Shown one piece after another: positions 27,872-37,296 of a stretch of DNA of 64,000 nt. Where the stretch lies: the sequence record PP968062.1; one strand, written 5' to 3'. The translations under genes and the position numbers were made by a program. Below the pieces are notes generated by a model that made no database searches, was not told the origin of the DNA, and saw nothing but the letters and a program-made list of their open reading frames with translations. Each line of letters begins with the position of its first letter. Position 1 is the first letter of the stretch. This DNA comes from Pseudomonas phage HPP-Temi.

Positions 27872-30339
27872 TATACAACTTCCTCAAGTTCAACGCGCAT
27901 CAGACCGGATGTGTTAGATACGGAGTTAGCGGCGTCGCAGTTATACCAACTATTGCCATTCTTGACGGTGTAAGTGTTTACAGCGTCGGCATCGTCAGCT
28001 TTATAGGTGAAGTTCAGAGAGCCGCTGGCACCTTTCGACAGGTTAGAGCAACGCAACTTACCAGTCATGGTCACGGTGGTACCAATAGCACCTTCACGGT
28101 TAGGGAAAGCAGCAATAGACATGGTACGCAGAACGAAACCACCGATGGTGTATTCACCACCAGACTTCAGTGCGTTGACAGCAACACCAGCAAGGCCTTT
28201 ACCCGATACACCAGCAAAGTTGAAGATACCCTTGGCATCGTTATCATGAACGAGCAGGGTACGTGTCCATACTTTCTTGGCTGCATCACCAACCCATGCC
28301 GCAGCATCCCAATTTCCGCCAGGAGCATCCATCGAAGGTGCTTCAGCCAGAGACTGAGTAGAGGTGATGGTGATGGTGTGACGCTGAACAACAGTACCTG
28401 CATTACCACCGGAGCGCAGACGAGCAGCCGGAGTAGTGACAGTCAGTTCCGGAGCAACGTTAGCGATCTTAACGATCGTGGACGCAGTTGCGGAGCTACC
28501 GTTGGCAGCACGTTGTGCAGTGATAGTCAGGTTGTTAGTCAGGTCATTGTAATCACCTGCCAGATAGCTAACAGTTTTAGCTGCTTCTACTTGGGTCGGA
28601 TTGGTTACAGTCAGCTGACCATTTGCCGAGGTGTAAGTAGCGCTGGAAGCGTTAGTTACAGTGTTCGCTACGGTTGCATCTTCACCAGCTTTGACGGCTT
28701 GTTGGCCAGCCGGGTAAGTTACAGTACCGAAGGAGATAGTCGGCTTCAGGTTGTTCAGCTTAACGACGTTAACTTTCTCAACAGTACCAGCCACATCGGA
28801 CTTATACCAAGCAGAGAAGCTACCGGAAGCTTTCTTAACACGGATGCTGAACGGATGGTTGGCAGCGGTGTTACCACGGTCGGCAATAACCAGACCAGTA
28901 ACGTTGTGCGTCTTACCGGCAGTCAGAGTACCAGTCTTAGCAACGAATGCACCTTCATCACGGATTTCATAACCAACAACATCTTGGTCAGAAGTAAAGG
29001 TGATGGACATTACGTCACCGGCTTTCAGTTCGGTCTGTGCACCCGGATAGTTACCAGTGAAGGTAGCGGCAGTGATTACAGGAGCAGAATCCATAGTCAC
29101 GTTAGCAGCAGCCTTAGCGCCGTCTTCGTGAGTAGCTTCTACTTTAACCGGATCTGCGCCAACCGGAGCCGGCAGATTGACAGTTGCTTCACCAGTCCAC
29201 ATCGGAGCATTAGCGCCGGCGGTCAGTGCAACATCAACACCGTTTACTTTAACAACCGGACGATAGTTGGTGTGGCCAGTGATAGCAGCGACTTTTACCT
29301 TAACGTCACGAGTGGACGAGGAGCACTGTACCAGGGAGAAGCCATCAGCCGACTTAACTTTGTCGCCAACGTTGTCAGCAGCGTTTACCGGAGTGATGTC
29401 AGTGATGAATACACCACCGTTAACGCCTTTCGGTTCAGCCAGGGATTTGTTGAACTCTTCTTCAGTACCGATGAAGCCACCGTCTACAGCGGATTCATAT
29501 GCCGACTTACCATTAGCACCTTCAAGGCTTTCCAGCCATTGTTCTTCAGTGCCCACAAAGCCGCCATCTTTAGCGATCTGATAAGCGGACTTACCATCAG
29601 CGCCGTGAAGGCTTTCGAGATATTCAGCTTCGGTGCCTTGGAAACCAGCATCAACTGCCAGTTCATAAGCGGACTTGCCGTCAGCACCATCAACACCGTC
29701 ATCACCTTTGGTGCCGTCAACGCCATGTAGGGATTCCAGGTACTCAGCTTCGGTACCAGTGAAACCACCTTCTACTGCGAGAGCATAGGCAGACTTACCA
29801 TCGGTGCCAGTATCACCCTTATCGCCTTTGTCCCCTTTATCACCGGTGTCGCCTTTCTCACCTTTCAGCGAGGCAACGAACTCAGCTTCGGTACCAGTGA
29901 AACCGGTATCCAGGGCGGATTGATAAGCAGATTTACCAACGAGAGTTGCAAGGAATTCTTGTTCAGTGCCGGTGTAGCCATTATCAACAGCTACTTCATA
30001 GATGGATTTACCTACGGCACCATCTTTACCGTCATCGCCCTTGAGGGAAGCGAGGAATTCGTCTTCGGTACCTACGAAACCTTGCTGGAGAGCAAGCTGA
30101 TAAATACCTTGACCTTTCAGGCTTTCGAGCCACTGTTGTTCAGTGCCAACGAAACCATTCTTAACAGCAACCTCGTAGGCCGAGAGACCTTCGTTGTTGC
30201 GGATCTTGGAGACCATGAGACGGAAGTTCTTATAAGAACCATCGGGCTCACGACGAATAACTTCTACAAACTCTTCACCAGTGATGGTGTTAAGAGGCTG
30301 CATTCCGGAAATCATGCCCGGACTGGATTTAATGGCCAT
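27871..30339 (-). CDS. tail fibre protein with 8 copies of the 25-aa KSAYEVAV-NGF-GTE-EWL-SLKG module interleaved with short collagen triplets, plus beta-rich C-terminal domain
   Basis: ORF track start 30372 is a TTG; ATG 30339 has an AAGGA RBS; repeats read directly from translation. Confidence 0.75.
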   Translation of the reverse strand: MAIKSSPGMISGMQPLNTITGEEFVEVIRREPDGSYKNFRLMVSKIRNNEGLSAYEVAVKNGFVGTEQQWLESLKGQGIYQLALQQGFVGTEDEFLASLKGDDGKDGAVGKSIYEVAVDNGYTGTEQEFLATLVGKSAYQSALDTGFTGTEAEFVASLKGEKGDTGDKGDKGDKGDTGTDGKSAYALAVEGGFTGTEAEYLESLHGVDGTKGDDGVDGADGKSAYELAVDAGFQGTEAEYLESLHGADGKSAYQIAKDGGFVGTEEQWLESLEGANGKSAYESAVDGGFIGTEEEFNKSLAEPKGVNGGVFITDITPVNAADNVGDKVKSADGFSLVQCSSSTRDVKVKVAAITGHTNYRPVVKVNGVDVALTAGANAPMWTGEATVNLPAPVGADPVKVEATHEDGAKAAANVTMDSAPVITAATFTGNYPGAQTELKAGDVMSITFTSDQDVVGYEIRDEGAFVAKTGTLTAGKTHNVTGLVIADRGNTAANHPFSIRVKKASGSFSAWYKSDVAGTVEKVNVVKLNNLKPTISFGTVTYPAGQQAVKAGEDATVANTVTNASSATYTSANGQLTVTNPTQVEAAKTVSYLAGDYNDLTNNLTITAQRAANGSSATASTIVKIANVAPELTVTTPAARLRSGGNAGTVVQRHTITITSTQSLAEAPSMDAPGGNWDAAAWVGDAAKKVWTRTLLVHDNDAKGIFNFAGVSGKGLAGVAVNALKSGGEYTIGGFVLRTMSIAAFPNREGAIGTTVTMTGKLRCSNLSKGASGSLNFTYKADDADAVNTYTVKNGNSWYNCDAANSVSNTSGLMRVELEEVV

Positions 30340-30432
30340 TACGTATTCCTTTGTTGGAGAGAGTCTTCGCAACTACTCGTGCACGTCTTAAAAGGAAAAT
30401 AAGACTCATAGAGTAGTGTATTATTTCAGCAA

Positions 30433-30464
30433 CATAAAGGAGTCCCTAATGGGACTCCAGTATG
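30433..30464. terminator. palindromic stem-loop CATAAAGGAGTCCC-TAAT-GGGACTCCAGTATGCC
   Basis: between co-directional fibre genes. Confidence 0.55.
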
Positions 30465-30504
30465 CCTTTTAGAGAGCATCTATCTGGAGTTGCGACTACG
30501 AAAC

Positions 30505-31521
30505 TTATGCCACTACGGCTGGGTCGAGTTTCCAAGCACCGGTATCATCTTTAGTGAAACCAATTTGTGCCAGGAGAGCATGGACGCCCTTAGAGGTAGC
30601 AAAGCCTTCGTCATCGAGACCTTCGATGACAGTAGCTTCATCAGCTTTAGTCGGGATTTCCAGATCAGGGAGTTGTTCTGCTTTCAGCTTGCCGTTCTCA
30701 TCGAGATCGGCTTTAGCTGCGAGAGCATCAACAAGTCCAGTAACCTTATCAACGGCAATACCAGCGTCAATGATGGCTTGAACTTCATCGGCGTTAAGAC
30801 CGCCAACTTGTGCACCACCCAGAGTTACGCCATCATGCAGATAGAGCTTCTTGTGTTCCAGGTCAATGAAGAACGTACCCTCAGCACCTTTGTGCGCAGC
30901 TGCTTCTAGAGCAGAACCACGACGGTGTTGAAGGAGTAGTTTAGCCACAGCATCAGCGCGACCTTCTTCAAACGAAACTACTTTACCGTCTTCAGAAACA
31001 ACAACACCAATTTGTTGCAGAGTTGCCATTACAGCGCTCGGAACGTCTTTGGTGTAAATCTTACGATCCAGTTCTTTCTTCTGTTGACGGGAGATCGGTT
31101 TGTCTGCGTCGGCAGTGTTATCGACCTTGTCAAGTTTCGCAAACGAGAGATCCAGAATCTTCCACTCAGGAAGACCAATCTCGTTTACGGTCAGAACCAT
31201 GCCTTTGTCCTCAGGGAGGATTTCGAACAGGGGAGCGGTAGCAGCAGACCACTGGGCCTCGGTACCTTCGTAACCTTGTTCTACGGCAGTTTGATAAGCT
31301 GACTTACCAACAAGGGATTTCAACCACTCTTCTTCAGTACCAGTGAAACCACCTTTGACGGCGCCGTCAAAAGCAGAAGCACCTACACGTAGCTTATCAG
31401 CAAGTACACGGAAGTTCTTGAAAGAACCGTCGGCATTGCGAGCAACAACCTCTACGAACTCCTGCCCAGTTAGTGCAGACAGGAGGTCGAGTTCAGAAAC
31501 CTTTTTCTTTTCATCAGCCAT
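30505..31521 (-). CDS. fibre-associated protein sharing the N-terminal FVEV-R-DGS-KNFR + SAY-AV-GF-GTE-EW module
   Basis: 338 aa; N-terminal ~90 aa align with N-terminus of 27871..30339. Confidence 0.7.
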   Translation of the reverse strand: MADEKKKVSELDLLSALTGQEFVEVVARNADGSFKNFRVLADKLRVGASAFDGAVKGGFTGTEEEWLKSLVGKSAYQTAVEQGYEGTEAQWSAATAPLFEILPEDKGMVLTVNEIGLPEWKILDLSFAKLDKVDNTADADKPISRQQKKELDRKIYTKDVPSAVMATLQQIGVVVSEDGKVVSFEEGRADAVAKLLLQHRRGSALEAAAHKGAEGTFFIDLEHKKLYLHDGVTLGGAQVGGLNADEVQAIIDAGIAVDKVTGLVDALAAKADLDENGKLKAEQLPDLEIPTKADEATVIEGLDDEGFATSKGVHALLAQIGFTKDDTGAWKLDPAVVA

Positions 31522-31655
31522 CTTAGATGTCCTTCAGGGTTGGCTGCGTTACACTTATTCTTTTAACCCAATGACACCACCTCCAAACCTGGGGAAGTAT
31601 CAGGTTAACGAAATCCTTCTCTTAGTGTTACCACTGATAAAAGAACAGGTGGACG

Positions 31656-32435
31656 CTAAGCCCGATGTTTCGAAACTTTATCTTCGAACAACTTGTAGAT
31701 CTCAGCTAGGGTACGAGGTACACCTTTATTGCTAAAGATCGACGGGTTTGCTTTAGCCGGTTTCGGGAATAGAACTTCACCTAGAGTTTTCTGGTCTGCG
31801 GAAAGGAACTTCTTAGCGCCGGAGGCACCGAGGAAGTGAGCGAGGTATAGATCGGTATCAGTCGGCTCGCGATCGAGCACAGGACGCAATACAGACGCAT
31901 TACCTTTGAGGAACTCTGCGCCCATGAGAGCATTGACACGAGGATCTTTACGGAGAGCCCTAGTGGGGTCTTTTGGGATTCCGTATTTAGAACCATGTGC
32001 TTTGATCATGTCGTCCCAAGTTGCATCCAGGAACTGGAACCAACCAGTAGCCGTAGACGTGCCTGCTTTGACGAGATAATCGAATGCCGATTCAATGGAA
32101 GCAAATGTAGCCAGCAATCGAGGTTCGACTCCGGTCATTGCTCCTACCGCATTCAGTGTGGGCATTGCAGCAGCCCGAGATTTGTTAGCAGCCGGTTTAG
32201 GAATAGCTTCCCATTTAGCAGGAACTTGTGCAGAAGAGCTCAGTTCAGCCAGAGTTGCAGGCCCAACCTTTCCGTCAACACCCAGACCCCGAGAGGTTTG
32301 GAAATCACGAACAGCTTTCTCTGTATCTCCACCGAAGATTCCGTCAGTGCTAACTGCGTATCCTGCGACCCGAAGTTTCATTTGTAGATCTTCCACAGCA
32401 GAGCCGCGGTCGCCACGTTTGAGTACAGTACCCAT
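31656..32435 (-). CDS. endolysin: N-terminal peptidoglycan-binding domain + C-terminal lytic-transglycosylase-like domain (phiKZ gp144 architecture)
   Basis: LKRGDRGSAVEDLQMKLRVAGY...DGIFGGDTEKAVRDFQ...LGVDGKVGPATL matches PG_binding_1; 259 aa, same length class as phiKZ gp144; GGAGA RBS. Confidence 0.75.
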   Translation of the reverse strand: MGTVLKRGDRGSAVEDLQMKLRVAGYAVSTDGIFGGDTEKAVRDFQTSRGLGVDGKVGPATLAELSSSAQVPAKWEAIPKPAANKSRAAAMPTLNAVGAMTGVEPRLLATFASIESAFDYLVKAGTSTATGWFQFLDATWDDMIKAHGSKYGIPKDPTRALRKDPRVNALMGAEFLKGNASVLRPVLDREPTDTDLYLAHFLGASGAKKFLSADQKTLGEVLFPKPAKANPSIFSNKGVPRTLAEIYKLFEDKVSKHRA

Positions 32436-32450
32436 GTCTGTCTCCAGTAA

Positions 32451-32984
32451 TTAATGTTCCAATTCTCGAATTACTCCATCTTCCATCAGACGGTAACCAC
32501 CATCTTCCAGGAGACGAGCATATTGGTTGCCTTCTACCATTTCGACAGTAATCATAGTCGAACCGTAGTAAGCGTAACTACCAGTCATCGCGACGAGTTC
32601 ATATTGGAACACGTCGTCTTTTGTATTGATAACAGTGGTAGAGAAGGATAGATCGTCCGGACCGAAAGTCATCTTACGGGAGCGGTTGATCTCTTCTGCG
32701 ATGGCCGCAGGTGTAGCCACCCCAGATAGCTTAATGGACGGATTAGGTCCAAGGCAGTCAGGGTGAGACAGTTCCAGACGACGATAAACGAACCAGTCTT
32801 TGAGACTGGCTTTATTATCGATCATCTCGATATAAGTACGTCCCGGAACACCCGAAGTCGGACTGAAGAACATGTCTTCAAAGTTTACGAATTCGTCTTG
32901 AATGTTCTTATGCTTAGACGTTTCCCGAATCAGACGGCACAGGGCCGCACGAGACGGGAGGTTATAAGGAAAACGATCGCTCAT
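32451..32984 (-). CDS. hypothetical protein
   Basis: 177-aa ORF between lysis genes. Confidence 0.5.
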   Translation of the reverse strand: MSDRFPYNLPSRAALCRLIRETSKHKNIQDEFVNFEDMFFSPTSGVPGRTYIEMIDNKASLKDWFVYRRLELSHPDCLGPNPSIKLSGVATPAAIAEEINRSRKMTFGPDDLSFSTTVINTKDDVFQYELVAMTGSYAYYGSTMITVEMVEGNQYARLLEDGGYRLMEDGVIRELEH

Positions 32985-33074
32985 TGTTAAACCCTCAATT
33001 GTGGTTTACAAAATTTACTTAACCCACATAGCATTATAAAAGCCCCTCCAATTAAGGAGGGGCTAATATTATTG

Positions 33075-33479
33075 TTACTGAGTAGAAATTACCATCTTTA
33101 AGATCTCAATGAGACCAAGACCTAGGGTCTTAAAGATATCAGCAACTTCACTACTCATCGGTCCGTCTGTATTGATAACGCTTACAACAACACCAGTGGA
33201 CAGAATAGCAAGCAAAGCACTTGCAGTCAAAATGGAACTGCGGTAAGTATCACTAGCTCGATGACCAGTGTATTCCTTTTCCAGTAACACGTTCTGTTTG
33301 CTAAGATCAGACAGCGAATAGATCTCTGTCAGAACTTCATCAGCAGTTGTATTACCGTCAACACGTGCACTACCATCGGCATGCAACATACCGTTCAGGT
33401 ACGCTACGATTTGACGATAGTTAGGAGCCTTCGACAAAGGCTTATTGCCCATGTCACTTAGTATTTGTTCTAGAGTCAT
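33075..33479 (-). CDS. small membrane protein, holin candidate
   Basis: single TM segment (ILTASALLAILSTGVVVSVI); position in the lysis cassette; start ambiguous (33518, 33479 with GGAGA RBS, or 33452). Confidence 0.35.
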   Translation of the reverse strand: MTLEQILSDMGNKPLSKAPNYRQIVAYLNGMLHADGSARVDGNTTADEVLTEIYSLSDLSKQNVLLEKEYTGHRASDTYRSSILTASALLAILSTGVVVSVINTDGPMSSEVADIFKTLGLGLIEILKMVISTQ

Positions 33480-33789
33480 AGCTTCTCTCCATCTCCGACT
33501 GTTTTGTATCCCAGTCACGGAGCTTCTCGATTTGTAGATTACACGAACCGAGATAATCGGTTTGGAGTAGCCAGTGATCAGTCATCAGTAGGAAGCGTGC
33601 TTCCCAAGGATCCGTGATACCAGCGACCTTATACCGATCTGGAGCTTTGATGAGGTCATCAGCTGATGGCGGAGGAGCTACGTAGCAAAGTTGTTTGAAG
33701 CTACTTGGTACCGCACTGCGCGTCCAGTCGTTTGGCTTTGCAGTAGTGCTCGTGCATCCTGTTAGCAAGGGTGACAAGAGCAACATCAT
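33454..33789 (-). CDS. o-spanin (outer-membrane lipoprotein, Rz1-like), overlapping i-spanin gene out of frame
   Basis: MM start 33789 inside i-spanin gene; signal peptide + lipobox LLTGC; Pro-rich (PPPSADD). Confidence 0.6.
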   Translation of the reverse strand: MMLLLSPLLTGCTSTTAKPNDWTRSAVPSSFKQLCYVAPPPSADDLIKAPDRYKVAGITDPWEARFLLMTDHWLLQTDYLGSCNLQIEKLRDWDTKQSEMERSYDSRTNTK

Positions 33790-34207
33790 CAGTAACACCG
33801 CTACTAGTTTCAGCGGTGGAGGTGGGATTTGACCGAATTGGTTCTTCCCTAGCTTTTTCCACAGGGACATCTTTTTCAGTAGGCCACTTGACCCCTGTTT
33901 GTCCGGATAAGTTAATGTACTCATCAATCACTCCTGCTCGTGATTGTTCTAGCTCTCTCAGCTCATCGACTTTTTGAGTGGTATATTGACTTACGGTTTC
34001 GTCAGTGATGGCAGCAGACTTACCTTGCATTTCCACTTTGACTTCTAGTTGACTATTCTTTTCAACTAGAGCGCCATTGTGAACAAGCTCATCAGTATAC
34101 TGGTTATAGAAGAACCACAGTCCAAGCCCACCGGTGATAACTACACCGATAAACACCCAATTAAACCACTTGATGTTTTTTAACCAGTTGAACATATTAC
34201 CTCTCAC
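33701..34207 (-). CDS. i-spanin (inner-membrane, Rz-like)
   Basis: N-terminal TM helix (WVFIGVVITGGLGLWFF), coiled-coil periplasmic domain; 3' end overlapped by o-spanin ORF. Confidence 0.6.
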   Translation of the reverse strand: MRGNMFNWLKNIKWFNWVFIGVVITGGLGLWFFYNQYTDELVHNGALVEKNSQLEVKVEMQGKSAAITDETVSQYTTQKVDELRELEQSRAGVIDEYINLSGQTGVKWPTEKDVPVEKAREEPIRSNPTSTAETSSGVTDDVALVTLANRMHEHYCKAKRLDAQCGTK

Positions 34208-34774
34208 CTAGAACAACTGTGTAAGGAAGTAGTATCCGATTGCTACGGCATCGATGGAGTGTTCGTCCAGTTGATTATGATCAACCTCACCCCATACAAC
34301 ATCAGTTCTACTTACTAGTGCACGTCGTACGTCTTCTTTATCCGTACCCTTAATCTTCTTCATACCCACATTAGTCTTAACCGTTGTAGGGTCTACCATG
34401 TAAAGCGGTATAAAGGGATCGTACTCAAAAAGAGCACTTCGTATCACAGCAACACATTCCACGAGGGCAGCAAAGCTTGTAGCGAATCTACCTAAGTAGT
34501 TAGATTCTACTATAACTGCGTGTGGACGATGTGTCCTTAAGAAGTCTAGTATCAAATCTCGCATGATCATCAAGCGGACAACTCGACTACCATGCAATTC
34601 CCCAAACGTTGTATAGTCAGGGTGCGTATCTCTAAGAACGGAAGTGTAAGCTGTTTTAACATTCACGCCGACATTCTTAAAGTCGTGTTCCAGCAGAGCC
34701 TGACCCAAGTTGGAAGAACCTGGGTCAAACGATGCTACACGAAATGGTTCATCGCTCTTAGGCACCTGCAACAT
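34208..34774 (-). CDS. RuvC-like Holliday-junction resolvase
   Basis: ASFDPGSSNLGQAL near N-terminus and C-terminal DEHSIDAVAIGYY match RuvC/A22 catalytic acidic motifs. Confidence 0.65.
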   Translation of the reverse strand: MLQVPKSDEPFRVASFDPGSSNLGQALLEHDFKNVGVNVKTAYTSVLRDTHPDYTTFGELHGSRVVRLMIMRDLILDFLRTHRPHAVIVESNYLGRFATSFAALVECVAVIRSALFEYDPFIPLYMVDPTTVKTNVGMKKIKGTDKEDVRRALVSRTDVVWGEVDHNQLDEHSIDAVAIGYYFLTQLF

Positions 34775-34784
34775 AACTAAGTCC

Positions 34785-35681
34785 TTATACGAACTTAGCT
34801 ACGTTTACAGCCTTGTCACCAAGAGTCGGTTCAACGCCGCCGATATCGAAAGTCAGGTTCAGACCGTTCGAGTTATAACCAATCGGGTGGTTAGTAGCGA
34901 TGTGTACGTTTACTTGGCAAGCGATTACTTCGAGATACTGGAACGAACCGCCTGAACCAGCAGGTGCATCAACCTTACGGTCTACACCAGAGCACAGACC
35001 AATTTCCGAGATGATCGGAGAACGAGTCGATGCAGTACGGATACGGTGAGCGTTAGTGATCTCGATGATATCTTCAGCAGACAAGCTTACCTTAACGATA
35101 GCCGATGCAGAGATGTTCTTGTTCGAGCCAATAACAGTGCCGTTGTTCGAGATTGCTGGAGGAACAGGGTTGAGGTCATCAACTGTCGGAGTGTACGGCT
35201 TCGGTGTAGGGATACCGTTGATTACTTCGATTTCCAGAAGCTGAGGTTGCACACCAGTAACGTTGATTCGTAAACCGTAGTAAGCGATGTAGTTCTTACC
35301 ATTATGGGATTCAGGAACCCGCAGGCAGAAACGATCACGCTGGGCCGCTGGAAGATCGTCATTGACTTCACGGAGTACGAAAGGGATGTGGTTATACAGT
35401 GCAGCATGGTTGGAGCGGTGAATACGGTTCTCTACTTCGTCAGAGCCGTCAGCAGCTTTAACAGTGTAGTGACCCATGTTACCGATTACCATGTAGCGGA
35501 CGTTCGGGATTTCACCAGCAGCTGGGGTAATACCATTCTGTACGCCGAACTTCTCGTTAAGAGTAGTGTGAGCGATTACACGGAACGGAGATAGACCGAG
35601 ATACTTGGTGGTTTGCAGATACGATGCATAGCACGTACGTACTACGTTGATAATCTGCTGATCGATAGGGTTGCTAGCCAT
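34785..35681 (-). CDS. hypothetical protein (possibly structural)
   Basis: 298-aa ORF. Confidence 0.55.
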   Translation of the reverse strand: MASNPIDQQIINVVRTCYASYLQTTKYLGLSPFRVIAHTTLNEKFGVQNGITPAAGEIPNVRYMVIGNMGHYTVKAADGSDEVENRIHRSNHAALYNHIPFVLREVNDDLPAAQRDRFCLRVPESHNGKNYIAYYGLRINVTGVQPQLLEIEVINGIPTPKPYTPTVDDLNPVPPAISNNGTVIGSNKNISASAIVKVSLSAEDIIEITNAHRIRTASTRSPIISEIGLCSGVDRKVDAPAGSGGSFQYLEVIACQVNVHIATNHPIGYNSNGLNLTFDIGGVEPTLGDKAVNVAKFV

Positions 35682-35734
35682 TCTTTTAATCCTTGACTTA
35701 GAAAGTTCATTGTACCATTGTGTAAGAATTTTTA

Positions 35735-35763
35735 GCTTGCCTCCCTTTGGGGAGGCTTATGCC
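35735..35763. terminator. stem-loop GCCTCCC-TTTG-GGGAGGC followed by TTATGCCGTTA
   Basis: hairpin family member lacking the left CATAAAG arm. Confidence 0.5.
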
Positions 35764-35764
35764 G

Positions 35765-36253
35765 TTAGGTGTACTGTTGGAAGTCACCACGTATCATTAC
35801 ACATGCCCACAACTGACCATGGTCGGACTTGGGAATAGCGTGAACGGTACTCAAGTTGAAAGCGATCTGCTCGCCTTTACGAAGTTCAACAAGACGACCG
35901 TTAAGTTGGATAGATTGGCGGTCAGTCAATGCAGTAGCAATGATAGTACCCGAACCAGGTTTATCTACCCAGGTAGTCATCTGATCGAGGAATCCACGTC
36001 CAGCAGGAATATCAAGGAACCAACCCTGAACTGCTTTCTTTTGGATATCTTCGTGGAAACCAATACGGAAGGTTTCACGTTGAGCTGCGGTCCAATCAAA
36101 CCACTTTGCATAATTGTAGATGCTCAGTGCTTTGGTCTTGTTCTTACCGATACGACAACGCGAACCATAGGAATCTTTGTACTTAACCTGACGGGAAAGC
36201 TTTACCAGAGTTTCCACTTCCTCATCGGTAAGGGGTTCGAAATGTTTATACAT
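35765..36253 (-). CDS. hypothetical protein, tentatively cupin/2OG-Fe(II)-oxygenase-like
   Basis: FHEDIQ (HxD) then TVHAIP His ~76 aa later and a downstream Arg; weak, motif-only. Confidence 0.3.
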   Translation of the reverse strand: MYKHFEPLTDEEVETLVKLSRQVKYKDSYGSRCRIGKNKTKALSIYNYAKWFDWTAAQRETFRIGFHEDIQKKAVQGWFLDIPAGRGFLDQMTTWVDKPGSGTIIATALTDRQSIQLNGRLVELRKGEQIAFNLSTVHAIPKSDHGQLWACVMIRGDFQQYT

Positions 36254-36260
36254 GTCTGTC

Positions 36261-36818
36261 CTACTCGTAGAGATAGATGAGAACGAAACGAAGATGTTTC
36301 ACAGGAGGTACAGAATGCGGTGGAGTTTTGGCAGGGAAGATTACAGCTCTTCCGGGAACGTCTGGGATGAACTCACCATCTAGGTCAAGTCCATCTCCAT
36401 TATCGCACAAAGCAATGACCATATTAAATCGGTACATTGCAATGTCGATATGCTCCGGCATACCAAAACCAACCTCGTACATATTAACACATGCTTCTTT
36501 GGGTTTTATTCCATCGATGGTAGGTGCAATTTCAAACAGATAATCACTAAGCTCTTTTGGCATCTGTCCATTACCAAGGAACCAGTAGTTTGCTTCCACT
36601 GTACCCTTGGTAGGGATACTATTTATCTTCTTGCGATTGTACCATCTTGCACGAGGTAGCGCTTTTAAGTACTCCACCAGTCTTTCACTAACTGGTTGCG
36701 AAAACACGACCGCCTTCGATGTTTCTTGGGCCAATGAGTTCATGGAGACCGCCTTCGAAGGTAGCAGCTCGATCTTCGGCTTCTTGCTCATTGGTAATGT
36801 ATTCGTAGTTGGGATCAT
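36261..36818 (-). CDS. putative 2OG-Fe(II) oxygenase (prolyl-4-hydroxylase-like)
   Basis: PEHIDIAMY (HxD), PPHSV His 47 aa later, KHLRF Arg 9 aa after; N-terminus overlaps the 3' end of 36688..37284, so the true start may be internal. Confidence 0.35.
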   Translation of the reverse strand: MIPTTNTLPMSKKPKIELLPSKAVSMNSLAQETSKAVVFSQPVSERLVEYLKALPRARWYNRKKINSIPTKGTVEANYWFLGNGQMPKELSDYLFEIAPTIDGIKPKEACVNMYEVGFGMPEHIDIAMYRFNMVIALCDNGDGLDLDGEFIPDVPGRAVIFPAKTPPHSVPPVKHLRFVLIYLYE

Positions 36819-37284
36819 TCTGATAGAACTCTTTGTGATTTCGACTAGTATCTTTACAGAGTTTGATATAGTCTAGCATCTCACTAAGTTCAGTAAGTTC
36901 AAGACCGGTCTTCTCTGCAAGAGCCACGATTGCACGCCCAAGCACGTTTACTTGTTCTACGACAGGATAACGTTGAGTGATCTTGTAAGCCATCTGGTTG
37001 TCCAGCTGTGCTTCATAGATCAGACGAGGACCTTCGTTCTCTCCAAGAATAGAGTAGTTCTTTTCCCAGGTTCCATCGTCATTGATGGTGAGGTCACCGA
37101 CAACTCGGTCACCATTAAACAGATCCATGTTGTCTTCAACATAGATCACGTTTGGGTTATCTGGATCGCATTGATCGATAGTCATCGAAGTAGCAACGAT
37201 GAACTTACCATTCAGACGGTTAAAACAAAGGACAACAGGTTTACGACCCTTTTCAGGTTCTGGTACATTATGAAAATCGAACAT
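36688..37284 (-). CDS. hypothetical protein
   Basis: 198-aa ORF; 3' end overlaps next ORF by up to 130 nt in a different frame. Confidence 0.5.
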   Translation of the reverse strand: MFDFHNVPEPEKGRKPVVLCFNRLNGKFIVATSMTIDQCDPDNPNVIYVEDNMDLFNGDRVVGDLTINDDGTWEKNYSILGENEGPRLIYEAQLDNQMAYKITQRYPVVEQVNVLGRAIVALAEKTGLELTELSEMLDYIKLCKDTSRNHKEFYQNDPNYEYITNEQEAEDRAATFEGGLHELIGPRNIEGGRVFATS

Positions 37285-37296
37285 GTGTAATTTCCT

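Noticed and set aside
26096-29730. Long plus-strand ORFs 26096..27829 and 27853..29730
   Set aside because: They are antisense to the collagen-like fibre genes. Runs such as TFIPF/VTLVTF are the reverse complement of the GDKGDK codons, so they are shadow ORFs.
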